Shown here piece by piece: positions 1-9,476 of a stretch of 64,000 bases of DNA. The stretch lies in contig JBCCWC010000005.1 in NCBI GenBank assembly GCA_039194325.1, forward strand, positions 32,001-96,000, written 5' to 3'. A program made the translations under genes and the position numbers. The notes below the pieces were generated by a model. The model worked only from the letters and a program-made list of their open reading frames with translations, searched no databases and was not told where the DNA came from. This DNA is from Myxococcota bacterium (GTDB lineage Bacteria; Myxococcota_A; Polyangia; Nannocystales; Nannocystaceae). How positions within the stretch are numbered: position 1 is the stretch's first letter; the number at the start of each line of letters is the position of its first letter.

Positions 1-680
1 TCGTAGCCGTGCTTGCGCAGCCCGCCGTGCTGCTCGACCGTGGGGTTGTGCACATAGCGGCTGTTGAAGTTGCCCCCGTTGCTGTCGAGGCGATAGTGGG
101 CCCGCGCCCCGTCCAGATCGCCCCGGGCCGCGATCGCGTCGCAGTGAGTCTCGGGCACCGCCGGGCCCAGGTAGAACCATGCGCGCCCGTAGAAATGGTT
201 GTCGGGCACCGGGAACACGGTGTCCTCGTGGGTGCGGATCGACCCCCGCGCTCCGTCGGCCGAGGGCAGCTGGACCCGCAGTGCGCCAGATCCGTGATAG
301 GCGAAGGTGCCGTCGACCGACACCTCTGCTCCGTTGTTCTCGGTGATCTCCCATAGAGATCCATCGATCGCGCCGTCCTCGAAGTCGTCGCACAGCAGCA
401 GATCGTCGCGCCCCTCGCAGCCCAAGCCGGACTCCGGCGGCGGCTCCCCCGTGCTGCTGTCGTCCTCGGGCTCCGGCAGTGGCTCCCCCGTGCTGCTGCC
501 GCCGTCATCGCTCGTGCCCGTGTCCTCCCCGGGCTCTGGCTCCGGCGGGGGAAGCTCGCCCTCCGGTTCCCCCGTGTCGCTCGGCTGGCCCGATCCGCCC
601 CCGGCGGGTGGAAGCTCGTCCTCCGGCTCGGAAACGTTGGTGCACCCCACGGCCCACAGCAGGGCCAACACGCTCGTCAT
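1..680 (-). CDS. Secreted lipoprotein with acidic Pro/Glu linker and Cip1/polysaccharide-lyase-like domain (3' end beyond the window)
   Basis: Not in the ORF track; translated by hand from ATG at 680: MTSVLALLWAVGC (lipobox), EPEGELPPPEPEP linker, then LLCDDFEDGAIDGSLWEI..VSVDGTFAYHGSGALRV..HFYGRAWFY; frame stays open to position 1. Confidence 0.7.
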   Translation of the reverse strand, partial: MTSVLALLWAVGCTNVSEPEDELPPAGGGSGQPSDTGEPEGELPPPEPEPGEDTGTSDDGGSSTGEPLPEPEDDSSTGEPPPESGLGCEGRDDLLLCDDFEDGAIDGSLWEITENNGAEVSVDGTFAYHGSGALRVQLPSADGARGSIRTHEDTVFPVPDNHFYGRAWFYLGPAVPETHCDAIAARGDLDGARAHYRLDSNGGNFNSRYVHNPTVEQHGGLRKHGY

Positions 681-742
681 CGTCCGCACGACCCTCAGTT
701 GCACGAGCCGCTCGCTCGTCTGCACCAAAGATCGATCAGTGA

Positions 743-1630
743 TCAAAAAGATCCGCGCACGTGGACCGCGAGCCCCGAGCCGGGCAACGGGGCCAGACCG
801 ACCCGCTGCCGACGGTACGTGCGGTCGACCAGCACATAGCGGATCACCGCGCCGACGATCTGCGCGCCTCCCGCCGCAAATGACACGATCGCGACGGTGC
901 GTAGCGTCCGGGCCCGAGACCGCGCGTCGGCGTAGGCGGTCTCGTCACCCGCCCGATCGGCCGAGCGCAGCGCCTGGCTCGATAGCGCCCACGTTGTGCC
1001 GCCTACGCCCGCTCCGATCGCGAGCCCCATGCCCAGCAGTACGCCCCCCGCGACATCGCGATACCAGGGCGGCGACAAGGGCTGATCGTTGTCCGAAGGG
1101 TCGGGCTCCACGGGCATCACCACCGGGTCCGGCCCTGCGCTCGCGCCCTCGGCCGAGGATCCCTGCTCGGCCTCCAGGTGCTCCTCGCATAGCGTGATCC
1201 CCTGCCGGGTCCCATCGACCAGCACCGCGTAGGTGGGATCGTCTTTGACCCGCGCCAGCACGCGCGCATAGAGGATTAGCGCCTCGCGACAGTGATCGAG
1301 TCGGCGCTCGGCGAGGGCCTGGGCATAGAGGTGCCGGGGATCGCCCGTTAGTGCATATGCACGAGCCGCCAGATCCGACACCGCCTCGAAGCGCCCCTGT
1401 GCGAATGCCTCCTCGGCCTGGCGGGCCAGCTCCATCGGGTCCTCGGGCTCGATGGCTGGCTCATCGGGCTCGACGGTGGAGCGTTCCTCCGGCGGCGCGG
1501 GCTCGTTGGGGACCGCAGGCTCGCCCGGAGCTTGGGACTCGGATCCGACCAACGCGACGAGCGCGAGCGCGAGGGGAGCCGGACTCATGCACGCGCATGC
1601 TAGCAGGCTCGCCCCTGTTGCCCGGGTCAT
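743..1630 (-). CDS. TPR-like membrane protein (myxobacterial kinase-associated type)
   Basis: Signal-like N-terminus, helical TPR-like segment (AEEAFAQGRFE..AYALTGDPRHLYAQALAERRL), C-terminal hydrophobic segments, ends in VRGSF. Confidence 0.65.
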   Translation of the reverse strand: MTRATGASLLACACMSPAPLALALVALVGSESQAPGEPAVPNEPAPPEERSTVEPDEPAIEPEDPMELARQAEEAFAQGRFEAVSDLAARAYALTGDPRHLYAQALAERRLDHCREALILYARVLARVKDDPTYAVLVDGTRQGITLCEEHLEAEQGSSAEGASAGPDPVVMPVEPDPSDNDQPLSPPWYRDVAGGVLLGMGLAIGAGVGGTTWALSSQALRSADRAGDETAYADARSRARTLRTVAIVSFAAGGAQIVGAVIRYVLVDRTYRRQRVGLAPLPGSGLAVHVRGSF

Positions 1631-1687
1631 GCCCTCGTCACTCGGAGCGCTGCGAACCTCCGTCGTCGACCGCGACGCAGCGGGCGC

Positions 1688-3340
1688 CTACCGACCGACG
1701 GGATAGAGCACGTCCGGATCGACCGGGGACGGGCTCGACCGGGGTGGACGCTTTTTCTTCTTCTTGCCGCCGCGATGGACCTTACGGGGTGTCGACTTGG
1801 TCACCGGCGGATCAGCGGTCTGCGTAGAGCCCTCCGCTCCGGATTCGGGCTCGGGCTCAGGCTCAGGCTCGGGCTCGGGTTTGGACTCGGCCATGTCGAC
1901 CGCTTCGGCCACGTCTGTGGGTGCGGGAGCCGAGGGCGATTGCTCATCGACTGCCGACGGAGCTTCGGTAGAGCTCCAGACCCCGTAGCCGACCGCCGAA
2001 GCGCCGATCACCACAGACGCTCCCAGCACGGCCAGCCACCGGCCTCGGCGCGGGCTCGGTCGTGATGCAGACGCGAGCGCTGGCATGGGCACTACCGTTA
2101 CCGCCGCTGAGCCCCCCGCCACCTCCGTACTCGGAGTGACCGGCTCGGCCCGCGTGAGCGCCTCTGGATCTGCCGAGTTCCCTCCATCCACCAGGATTAG
2201 CGTGGGGATCGTATCGAGCGGGTCCTCTGGATCATCTGGACGATCGCGCCCGGCGGGTACCTGCTCCACCCGAGGAAACGGAGGTCGTCCGAAGATATCG
2301 CTCATCCAGTCGGCCACCACCGCCGAGGAACACAGCAAGTGCTCTTGGTGAGCGAATGCCTCCACCTCGCGAAGCAATACCTCGGCCGTGGGATGTCGCT
2401 GTGCCGGCTCGCGCGCCAGCGCCCGCAGCACGATCTGCTCGAGCGCCGGCGGATAGCCGGGCACGCGTTGCGAGGGCCGTTCGAAGCGTCCGTGCACGAC
2501 CTTGTTGAGCACCGCGAAATCGCTGTCGGCGTAGAACAAGCGCTCGGTCGTGGTCAGCTCATAAAGCAAGATCCCCAGCGCGAACACGTCGCTGCGGCGA
2601 TCGATCGCGTCCCCCCGGCACTGCTCGGGCGACATGTAGCCGATCTTTCCCTTCATGGCCCCGCCGATCGTCTCGGCCGAGCGAGCGCTGGCCTTGGCGA
2701 TCCCGAAGTCGGTCACCTTGATCCCGCCGTCGTAGCTGACCAGTACGTTGGAGGGCGAGACGTCGCGGTGCACCAACCCCAGCGGTTGCCCCTCGAGATC
2801 GGTGCGCTCGTGGGCGTGATGCAGTCCGCCGGCCGCCGCGGTCACCACTGTCAGCGCCACCGCCAGCGGCATGCCGCCGCGGTTGGCCGCCTCGACCAGC
2901 AACTCCCGGGCGTTGCGGCCGTGGACATACTCCATCACGTAGAAGTACTCGCCGTCGGCCTCGCCGATGTCCATCACCTGCACGAGGTTGGGGTGGTCGA
3001 GGTTGGCGGCCAGCCGAGCCTCGTTGGTGAACAGCTCAACGAACGACGGATCGGCGGCCAGGTGGGGCAGCACCCGCTTGAGCACCACCACCTTCTGAAA
3101 GCCCGCCACGCCCTCGGCACAGGCCAGGTGCAGCTCGGCCATGCCTCCGATCGCCAGCCGGCGCAGCAGGTGATAGCGACCAACCCGCGCCCCCGCAGCG
3201 AGCAGCTCGGCCTTGGCCGTGGTCCCCACTGGTGATGAATCTAGCAGGCCCCTCCAGTCGCCACCGCGCGGGATATGCGCCGGAGACGCGGTTTCGAGCA
3301 CTATGGGCTTCGCGAGATTTTTTGGGTCATCCGCAATCAA
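1688..3340 (-). CDS. Hanks-type Ser/Thr protein kinase with TM helix
   Basis: GGMAEL, VVLKR, HRDVSPSN, DFG, GKIGYMSPE, D(V)FALG motifs; TM segment WLAVLGASVVIGASAVGYGVW. Confidence 0.93.
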   Translation of the reverse strand: MIADDPKNLAKPIVLETASPAHIPRGGDWRGLLDSSPVGTTAKAELLAAGARVGRYHLLRRLAIGGMAELHLACAEGVAGFQKVVVLKRVLPHLAADPSFVELFTNEARLAANLDHPNLVQVMDIGEADGEYFYVMEYVHGRNARELLVEAANRGGMPLAVALTVVTAAAGGLHHAHERTDLEGQPLGLVHRDVSPSNVLVSYDGGIKVTDFGIAKASARSAETIGGAMKGKIGYMSPEQCRGDAIDRRSDVFALGILLYELTTTERLFYADSDFAVLNKVVHGRFERPSQRVPGYPPALEQIVLRALAREPAQRHPTAEVLLREVEAFAHQEHLLCSSAVVADWMSDIFGRPPFPRVEQVPAGRDRPDDPEDPLDTIPTLILVDGGNSADPEALTRAEPVTPSTEVAGGSAAVTVVPMPALASASRPSPRRGRWLAVLGASVVIGASAVGYGVWSSTEAPSAVDEQSPSAPAPTDVAEAVDMAESKPEPEPEPEPEPESGAEGSTQTADPPVTKSTPRKVHRGGKKKKKRPPRSSPSPVDPDVLYPVGR

Positions 3341-3509
3341 AACGTTGTGAGCGCCGACTCAAGGGTCACTCGAAGGATCCGGCATCAGCCCCGCCCATCG
3401 GGCCGGATGGTGAGCGTTCACGAAGCGCGGTGCTTCGCGAGCGATGCCGATGCCGATGCTGATGCTGAAGGATCCGCACACAACCGGGGCCACGGGAGCT
3501 CCGGACGAT

Positions 3510-3545
3510 GCTCGATCAAAGGCTCGATCAAAGGCTCGATCAAAG
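3510..3545. repeat. 12-bp tandem repeat (GCTCGATCAAAG x3) immediately upstream of an RBS
   Basis: Read directly from the sequence. Confidence 0.9.
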
Positions 3546-3556
3546 GAAAGTCGCGA

Positions 3557-4150
3557 ATGATGAAGAAGGTCGTGGGTGCTGTGATCCTGATGTCAGGGCT
3601 GACGCTGGCGTGTGATGTCGAAGACGCCGACCAAAAGGTGGAGTCGTGGGACGACGCGGTCGAGCTTGCCCGCTTCGCCGAGCCCGATGACGAGCAGGCA
3701 GAAGCCCTACTCGACACCTACTGGACGCCGCCGGCCGACGCCGCCTTCGGAGGCTCGACCATCGACTCACTGACGACCTCGTCGTCCGATGCGTGGTGGC
3801 TCGGGTTCTGGAGGAACTGGGACGACCGCGATAACCCGTCGGGCACTGGCGACTGGGAGGTCGCTTCACTGCATGCCGATCCTTGCCAGCCGGGGGAGGT
3901 GATCCTCGGCTTCGAATGCCGCACGGTCGGCACGCACATCCCCGCCGATTCCACCGGCGAGGACGTCAGCTGCTACTTCAATGGCCTGGTCTGCCGCCGC
4001 AGCGACCAACCCGACAAACAGTGCCTCGACTACGAGGTGCGGTTCCGGTGCTGCCAGCAGGCCGACCCGGCGGCGGTGTGCGGGCCCTGGGACTGCAACG
4101 GCTACGCCGACGATGGGTGCGGCGGGGTCGTGTTCTGCGGGCCGTGCTGA
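3557..4150 (+). CDS. Lipoprotein with mucin-type WxxW (CysD-like) domain
   Basis: RBS AAGGAAAG; MMKKVVGAVILMSGLTLAC lipobox; WRNWDDRDNPSGTGDWE...CRT...C..GLVCRRSDQPDKQCLDYEVRFRCC. Confidence 0.85.
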   Translation: MMKKVVGAVILMSGLTLACDVEDADQKVESWDDAVELARFAEPDDEQAEALLDTYWTPPADAAFGGSTIDSLTTSSSDAWWLGFWRNWDDRDNPSGTGDWEVASLHADPCQPGEVILGFECRTVGTHIPADSTGEDVSCYFNGLVCRRSDQPDKQCLDYEVRFRCCQQADPAAVCGPWDCNGYADDGCGGVVFCGPC

Positions 4151-4197
4151 CCGCTGTGGCTATCGCCAAACACTCCGCCTTTGACCGGGCGTTCGGC

Positions 4198-4704
4198 CTA
4201 TCCCCGAACGCCCGAAGGCTTCAACCCGCCCATCGCCCCTGCATCGATCACTCCAGCCGCGGATCGAGTGTCACGATCGTCTTGCTCGCCTCGGACCGCC
4301 GACGCCAGCCGCCGGACCTGATCACGACAGTGCATCCGCCAATGCTCGACCAGCTCGTCGCCCAGGTCCTCTTGCTGCTCGATCGCCCGAAGCCGGCGGC
4401 GCGACATCCCGCGCCGTCGTGCCTCTCGCTTCAGGACCCGAGCCCCACGCTCGATCCACCAGCCGATCGGCCACATCGAGACCAAGACGATGAACGCCAC
4501 CTCGACGATGGACCCGACGTCCACCACCGACGCGGTGCAGCCCACGAACAGCGACAGGGCCGCAACCAGCGCGTACCGCAAGCGAACCCGCTTGGTCCTG
4601 CGCCGCTCGGTGACCAGGGAGTCAGCCAGCCACAGCTCGAGCTGGGCGGCCTGCAGGGCCTGAACGGCGGACAGCGGGGCTTCGGGATCAGGACGATAGG
4701 CCAC
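4198..4704 (-). CDS. Hypothetical 2-TM membrane protein (paralog of 8931-9476)
   Basis: Shares AAQxELWLA, two hydrophobic helices, GDxxVxxWRxxCR and a terminal PSGVRG with 8931-9476. Confidence 0.65.
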   Translation of the reverse strand: MAYRPDPEAPLSAVQALQAAQLELWLADSLVTERRRTKRVRLRYALVAALSLFVGCTASVVDVGSIVEVAFIVLVSMWPIGWWIERGARVLKREARRRGMSRRRLRAIEQQEDLGDELVEHWRMHCRDQVRRLASAVRGEQDDRDTRSAAGVIDAGAMGGLKPSGVRG

Positions 4705-4900
4705 GGATGTTGGACGGCACTACCACCCTAGACCCCACGATCTTCCCGCCGTTACATCGCCTTTCCCAAGCCGAAGCCTCGCCCTGACGTTACAAACAGG
4801 GGTCACTGTCCCCCAACTCGACCTATCCCCGAATGCTCGAGGATCCCACCCCGCCCGCACCCCCTGCACGAACCACTCCTGCTGCGGGTCTCGCTGCTCA
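4204..4900. repeat. Copy 1 of a diverged direct segmental duplication (4204-4468 ~ 8582-8838; 4733-4900 ~ 8841-9008)
   Basis: Visual alignment shows long shared runs, e.g. CCCCACGATCTTCCCGCCGTTACA and TGACGTTACAAACAGGGG. Confidence 0.9.
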
Positions 4901-4902
4901 AG

Positions 4903-5088
4903 GTCAGCTGCTACTTCAACGGCCTGGTCTGCCGCCGAAACGACCAACCTGACAATCAGTGCCTCGACTACGAGGTGCGGTTCCGGTGCTGCCAGCAAGC
5001 CGACCCGGCGGCGGTATGCGGGCCCTGGGACTGCAACGGCTACGCCGATGATGGGTGCGGCGGGGTCGTGTTCTGCGGGCCGTGCTGA
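4903..5088 (+). pseudogene. Orphan 186-bp copy of the 3' end of the WxxW lipoprotein gene (3965-4150)
   Basis: 8 mismatches in 186 nt, same stop codon, no 5' part. Confidence 0.9.
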
Positions 5089-5218
5089 GCCGATGAAGAT
5101 CTCGAAGCCGCCTGGACCAACCCAACTTTTTTCCCTCGATCTCTGGCGCACGAGTCACACATCTCTGAGGGCCACAACGACGCAAGGGATACAGACAGCT
5201 CATCTTCGCTAGCCCAGT

Positions 5219-8059
5219 CTACTCGAAGTCGTGGGTGGTCAACCATGCATTCACCTCGGCAAGGTCGTCTTCGCGCCCTTTGCCATGCTCGGCGTAGGCA
5301 CGTCGGGCCTGCTCGGCCAGCGCACGAGCGCGCGAGCGCTCGCTGTGCTTGCTCCACAGGGCTCGGGCGAGCACGAAGCGGGCTTCGGCAAGTAACGTGG
5401 GCGTGACAGTGGCCGCCTCGCGAATCGAGACGGCACGCTCAGCATGCGCCTGGGCAGATACCGAGTTGTTCGCCTTGAGCGCCACCTCGGCTAATCCAAA
5501 CAATGGATAAGCCACATAAGGATGATCGAGACCCAGCGCCCTCTCCTGTATAGCCAGCGCTCGCTCAAAATGATGCCGGGCGCTCTCGTTGTCTCCAAGA
5601 GAGCTGAATACATTGCCCAGGTTGTTCAGGCTATCGGCCACATTTGGATGGTTGGGGCCCAACGCCCTCTCTCGTATCGTCAGGGCACGCTGGTGGTGAA
5701 GCTTGGCATCCTCATAGTCTCCTTGGTTGTCAAATATATTGCCCAGATTGTTCAGACTATTAGCCAGAAGGGGATGGTCGGAGCCCAGTGCATTCTCAAG
5801 TATAGCCAGCGCTTGCTCGAAGTGACGCCGGGCGCTTTCGTTGTCTCCGGAAGACTTGAACACAAGGCCCAGATTGTTCAGGCTATTGGCCACTGAGGGA
5901 TGGCTAGGACCCGGTGCTTTTTCTCGTATAGCCAGCGCGCGCTGGTGGTGGACCAGCGCCTCCTCATCATCTCCTTTGCGAAAAAACACAAGGCCCAGGT
6001 TATTCAGGCTATCGGCCACGTTTGGATGGTCGGGGCCTAGCGCCCGCTCCTGTATAGCCAGCGCTTGCTCGAAGTGCATCCGTGCGTTCTCATAATCTCC
6101 TTGATGACTAAATACGATGCCCAGGTTGCTCAGGCTATCGGCCACATTTGGGTGATCGGAGCCTAGCGTATCTTCAAATATCGCCAGCGCACGTTGATGG
6201 TAAACCCTCGCATTCCCATAATCTCCTTGGCTGTTGAACACAAGCCCCAGGTTACTCAGACTTAGAGACTCTTGAAATGGTTCGCCGCTGCGCTGGGCCA
6301 AAGGCAGTGCGTTCATCTCGCCCCACTGCTGGCCCTCCACATGCCTTGCAAGTTGAACACCTACCACGAAGACCAAAGCCTGGGCCGTGTCGAGCGCAAC
6401 CGGATCGTGCTGGTGGCTGACCGCCAGCGCATAGGCCTGCTGTAGGTCTTCTTCCGCTTTGGCATACTGGCCGTTGTCCTCTCGTAGCGCTCCCCGCCAA
6501 TATAGAGCCTCGGCTCGAAACGGCGGGTACCCCAGCCGCTCGGCTCGCTCTACGACCTCCTCAGCCTCCTCTAGTGCCTCCGCGTACCGGCCCGCCTTCT
6601 GCATCGCCTCAATCTCCACCAGGCGCGCGCGCTGAGCCTCGACCGCACCAGCTGCCTTGGGGTTCTCGGGTGGAGGCACGAGTTGGTCCTGCTGTTCGAG
6701 CCACGCAAGGTCGTTGCATCGGGCCAGCGTAGGCAGACCGACGACGAGCTTCACCGCGTTCTCCACTACCCTGGCGTTTGTCTCAGCGTTGGCGTCGGTC
6801 AACTGGCCGACGGTGGCGCGCAATGCCGTGCGGCGCTGGTCGAGGCAGCGCATGCGCAGGCTCATCTCCTCGGGGGTTTGTTCGCCGCGCACGCTCGTGG
6901 CCTCGCAGGCCTCGGTGTGGGTATCCGTCCAGTCCCGGGCGTAGGTGTCGAGCCCCGGTTCCACGCGGTCCCATGTGTCAGAGGCAAAAGAGAGCTCGGT
7001 GCCCAGGATGGCGTCCCGTACCTGCTGCCGACGGTCATCGTCCCAGATGCCCTCTAGTTGGGCACGGGCACCCGTGCAGCGTTGTCCCACGTCGGCTTGG
7101 TAGGCTTGCCCGATCCCGAAAAGCCCCAGCCCGAGCGCCACAGTGGCGCTCAGAGCCAACCATCGCCCCCGATTCGGCGCGACCAGCCGCTGTAGCTCTG
7201 CGAGCATCTCCTCCATCGAGGACCACCGATGGAGCGGGTTAGACGCCAAGCCCCGCACCAAGATCTGTCGGAGGCTTCCCGGAACTTTCATCCCCTTCGG
7301 AGTCGTCCGCATCGTTCCGAGAGACACCGCTTCCAACAACGCCGACATCGTGTCCCCGTCGAAGGGGCGCTCGCCATACACGGCCTCATAGAGGGATACG
7401 CAAAAGCTGAACTGATCGCTCCGTGCATCCGCTCCTTCGCCCCTCATCTGCTCAGGAGGCATATAGGCTGGCGTTCCCAGAACCGTACCAGATTCCGTAA
7501 GCGGCGCATCGAGGTCCCTCTCACCGCGCCCGATCGCTTCGATCTCTCCCGAGATCACGTCGAGCACTGGCTCCGCAGCACCGACCAGCCCAAAGTCCAG
7601 AACCCGCGGCCGTCCCGCCCGGTCGACAATGCAGTTGTCCGGCTTGAAGTCGCGGTGGATGAACCCTTTAGCATGGGCGGCCACCAACCCGGCGCCCGCC
7701 TGTAGATAGATCTCCACACATTTCCGCCACCCTCGCGGGGTCTCTTGCCACGTTCGTAGCGTTTGCCCGTGGATCAGCTCCATAGCGATGAACCATTGCC
7801 CGTCGTGCTGTCCTACCTCGTACACCTGCACGACATTGGGATGCGAAAGCTTGGCCAACGCCTGCGCTTCACGACGTAGTCGCTCAGCGTGGCGCTCGGC
7901 AGCCTCGGCAGACAACAGCTTGATGGCCACGGCCCGTTCGAGCGACTCGTCGTACGCCTTGAAAACCGTCCCCATGCCACCGCTGCCCAACTCGCCGAGC
8001 AAGAGATAGCGACCAAGGGCCTGACCGCGCGGCGTTGCAGGGGATGCAGGGCTCGACAT
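5219..8059 (-). CDS. Ser/Thr kinase - TM - TPR-repeat protein
   Basis: GSGGMG, VAIK, HRDFKPDN, DFG, GTPAYM; about six 42-aa TPR units (SL(S/N)NLGxVFxxxGDxExA..ALAIxExALGxDHP); start could lie further upstream (8170). Confidence 0.92.
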   Translation of the reverse strand: MSSPASPATPRGQALGRYLLLGELGSGGMGTVFKAYDESLERAVAIKLLSAEAAERHAERLRREAQALAKLSHPNVVQVYEVGQHDGQWFIAMELIHGQTLRTWQETPRGWRKCVEIYLQAGAGLVAAHAKGFIHRDFKPDNCIVDRAGRPRVLDFGLVGAAEPVLDVISGEIEAIGRGERDLDAPLTESGTVLGTPAYMPPEQMRGEGADARSDQFSFCVSLYEAVYGERPFDGDTMSALLEAVSLGTMRTTPKGMKVPGSLRQILVRGLASNPLHRWSSMEEMLAELQRLVAPNRGRWLALSATVALGLGLFGIGQAYQADVGQRCTGARAQLEGIWDDDRRQQVRDAILGTELSFASDTWDRVEPGLDTYARDWTDTHTEACEATSVRGEQTPEEMSLRMRCLDQRRTALRATVGQLTDANAETNARVVENAVKLVVGLPTLARCNDLAWLEQQDQLVPPPENPKAAGAVEAQRARLVEIEAMQKAGRYAEALEEAEEVVERAERLGYPPFRAEALYWRGALREDNGQYAKAEEDLQQAYALAVSHQHDPVALDTAQALVFVVGVQLARHVEGQQWGEMNALPLAQRSGEPFQESLSLSNLGLVFNSQGDYGNARVYHQRALAIFEDTLGSDHPNVADSLSNLGIVFSHQGDYENARMHFEQALAIQERALGPDHPNVADSLNNLGLVFFRKGDDEEALVHHQRALAIREKAPGPSHPSVANSLNNLGLVFKSSGDNESARRHFEQALAILENALGSDHPLLANSLNNLGNIFDNQGDYEDAKLHHQRALTIRERALGPNHPNVADSLNNLGNVFSSLGDNESARHHFERALAIQERALGLDHPYVAYPLFGLAEVALKANNSVSAQAHAERAVSIREAATVTPTLLAEARFVLARALWSKHSERSRARALAEQARRAYAEHGKGREDDLAEVNAWLTTHDFE

Positions 8060-8574
8060 TTGCCCACCCGACCCCTGAAACAACCAGGCGGTTCCGCGGT
8101 CCACCTTGTCAAGTGCGCGTCCCTGGGGCTCTTGCACGTCCCGCGCTCGCTCCTTGAGCGCTCGTGCCATAGGCTCAACGGACCGATCCTCGACGGTCAA
8201 TGCCGACGCTAGCGTATGCGACTTCCCTCCCTTGGGGATGTCGCCGGGAACTCGAGCCATGTGTCGGTTCGCAGCGCCGAAGACACGGCCAGCGGGACCG
8301 TGGGCTACGTCGCTTCGATCCTTGCATCCCGACTGGTCTGATTCGAATGTCACTCGCCGCCTATTCTGGACGCGTTTCGGCACTTCTGCTTGCGGTCAAC
8401 CGCACTTAAATGAGCATTGTCCCAAAAGGGACAATGTAACTACCGACCTTTCGAGCCGCCCCAATGCGCGATTCGCACATTGATCCACACGTACCGCGAC
8501 GATGGCTCGCATCCGATGAAGTCGACCCCTCAAGTGCGGCAGCACTGCCCGTCGAGCCCGAGCCCACGCACGGG

Positions 8575-8838
8575 TCAAGGGCGAACGCTCGAAGGCTCCA
8601 ACCCGCCCATCGCTCCTGAGCGATCACTCCGGCCATGGTTTCGAGTGTCGCGATCGTCTTGCTCACCTCGGGCCGCCAACGTCATCCGCCGAACCCGATC
8701 GCGACCGTGCATCCGCCACTGCTCGATCAACGCGTCGCCCAACTCCTCGTGCTCCTCGATCGCTCGAAGCGCGACATACTGCGCCGCAGTGCCTCCCGCT
8801 TCAAGACGCGAGCACCACGCTCGACCCACCAGCCGATC
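8575..8838 (-). pseudogene. 5'-deleted, frameshifted copy of the 4198-4704 gene
   Basis: LRAIEEHEELGDALIEQWRMHGRDRVRR versus LRAIEQQEDLGDELVEHWRMHCRDQVRR; short deletion near 8770; promoter and 5' half absent. Confidence 0.8.
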
Positions 8839-8930
8839 TACCCCACGATCTTCCCGCCGTTACACCGCCGTTCCCAAGCCGAAGCCTCGCGCTGACGTTA
8901 CAAACAGGGGCCACTGGCCCCCAACTCGAC

Positions 8931-9476
8931 CTATCCCCGAACGCCCGAGGGATCCCACCCTGCCCGCACCCCGTGCACGAACCACTCCTGCTGCGGGTCA
9001 CGCTGCTCGAGCGTCTCCAGATCCTCCGCCAACGCAACGCACTGCTCTCGTGTCAGTGGCTCGCCCGCCCACCACGAGATCCAGCGCGCCTTGATGCGAC
9101 ACTCTCGCCGCCACTGCTGGACCACGCTGTCCCCCTGCTCGTGGTAGCTGCGGATCGCGTTGAGCCGGTAGCGTGGCAACCCGCGCCGCAGTGCCTCTCG
9201 CTGGAGCGCACGCTCCTCACGCTCCAGCCACCAGCTGACCAACGTCACCACGGCCAGGCCGACAGCACCCACGGCCACGATGCGTCCGCTGTCCATCATC
9301 GACCCGGTGCAGCTGACGAACAGCAGCATCGCGCCCCCGTACCCGAGCCGGAGGCGGATCGGTTCCTTCCGGCTCCCTTCCGCCGCCAGAGCTTCAGCCA
9401 GCCAAAGCTCGGTCTGGGCGGCCCGCAGGGCGTTGACGACGAGGGGATCGACTCCGGGAACACAGCGATAGGCCAC
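8931..9476 (-). CDS. Hypothetical 2-TM membrane protein (paralog of 4198-4704)
   Basis: Same motifs as 4198-4704; its 3' end is also duplicated at about 4823-4900. Confidence 0.65.
   Translation of the reverse strand: MAYRCVPGVDPLVVNALRAAQTELWLAEALAAEGSRKEPIRLRLGYGGAMLLFVSCTGSMMDSGRIVAVGAVGLAVVTLVSWWLEREERALQREALRRGLPRYRLNAIRSYHEQGDSVVQQWRRECRIKARWISWWAGEPLTREQCVALAEDLETLEQRDPQQEWFVHGVRAGWDPSGVRG

Noticed and set aside
3965..5088. Diversity-generating retroelement (VR/TR pair) suggested by a near-identical copy of a gene 3' end
   Set aside because: Mismatches are not adenine-specific (only 4 of 8 have A in the second copy), most are synonymous third positions, and no reverse transcriptase is in the window
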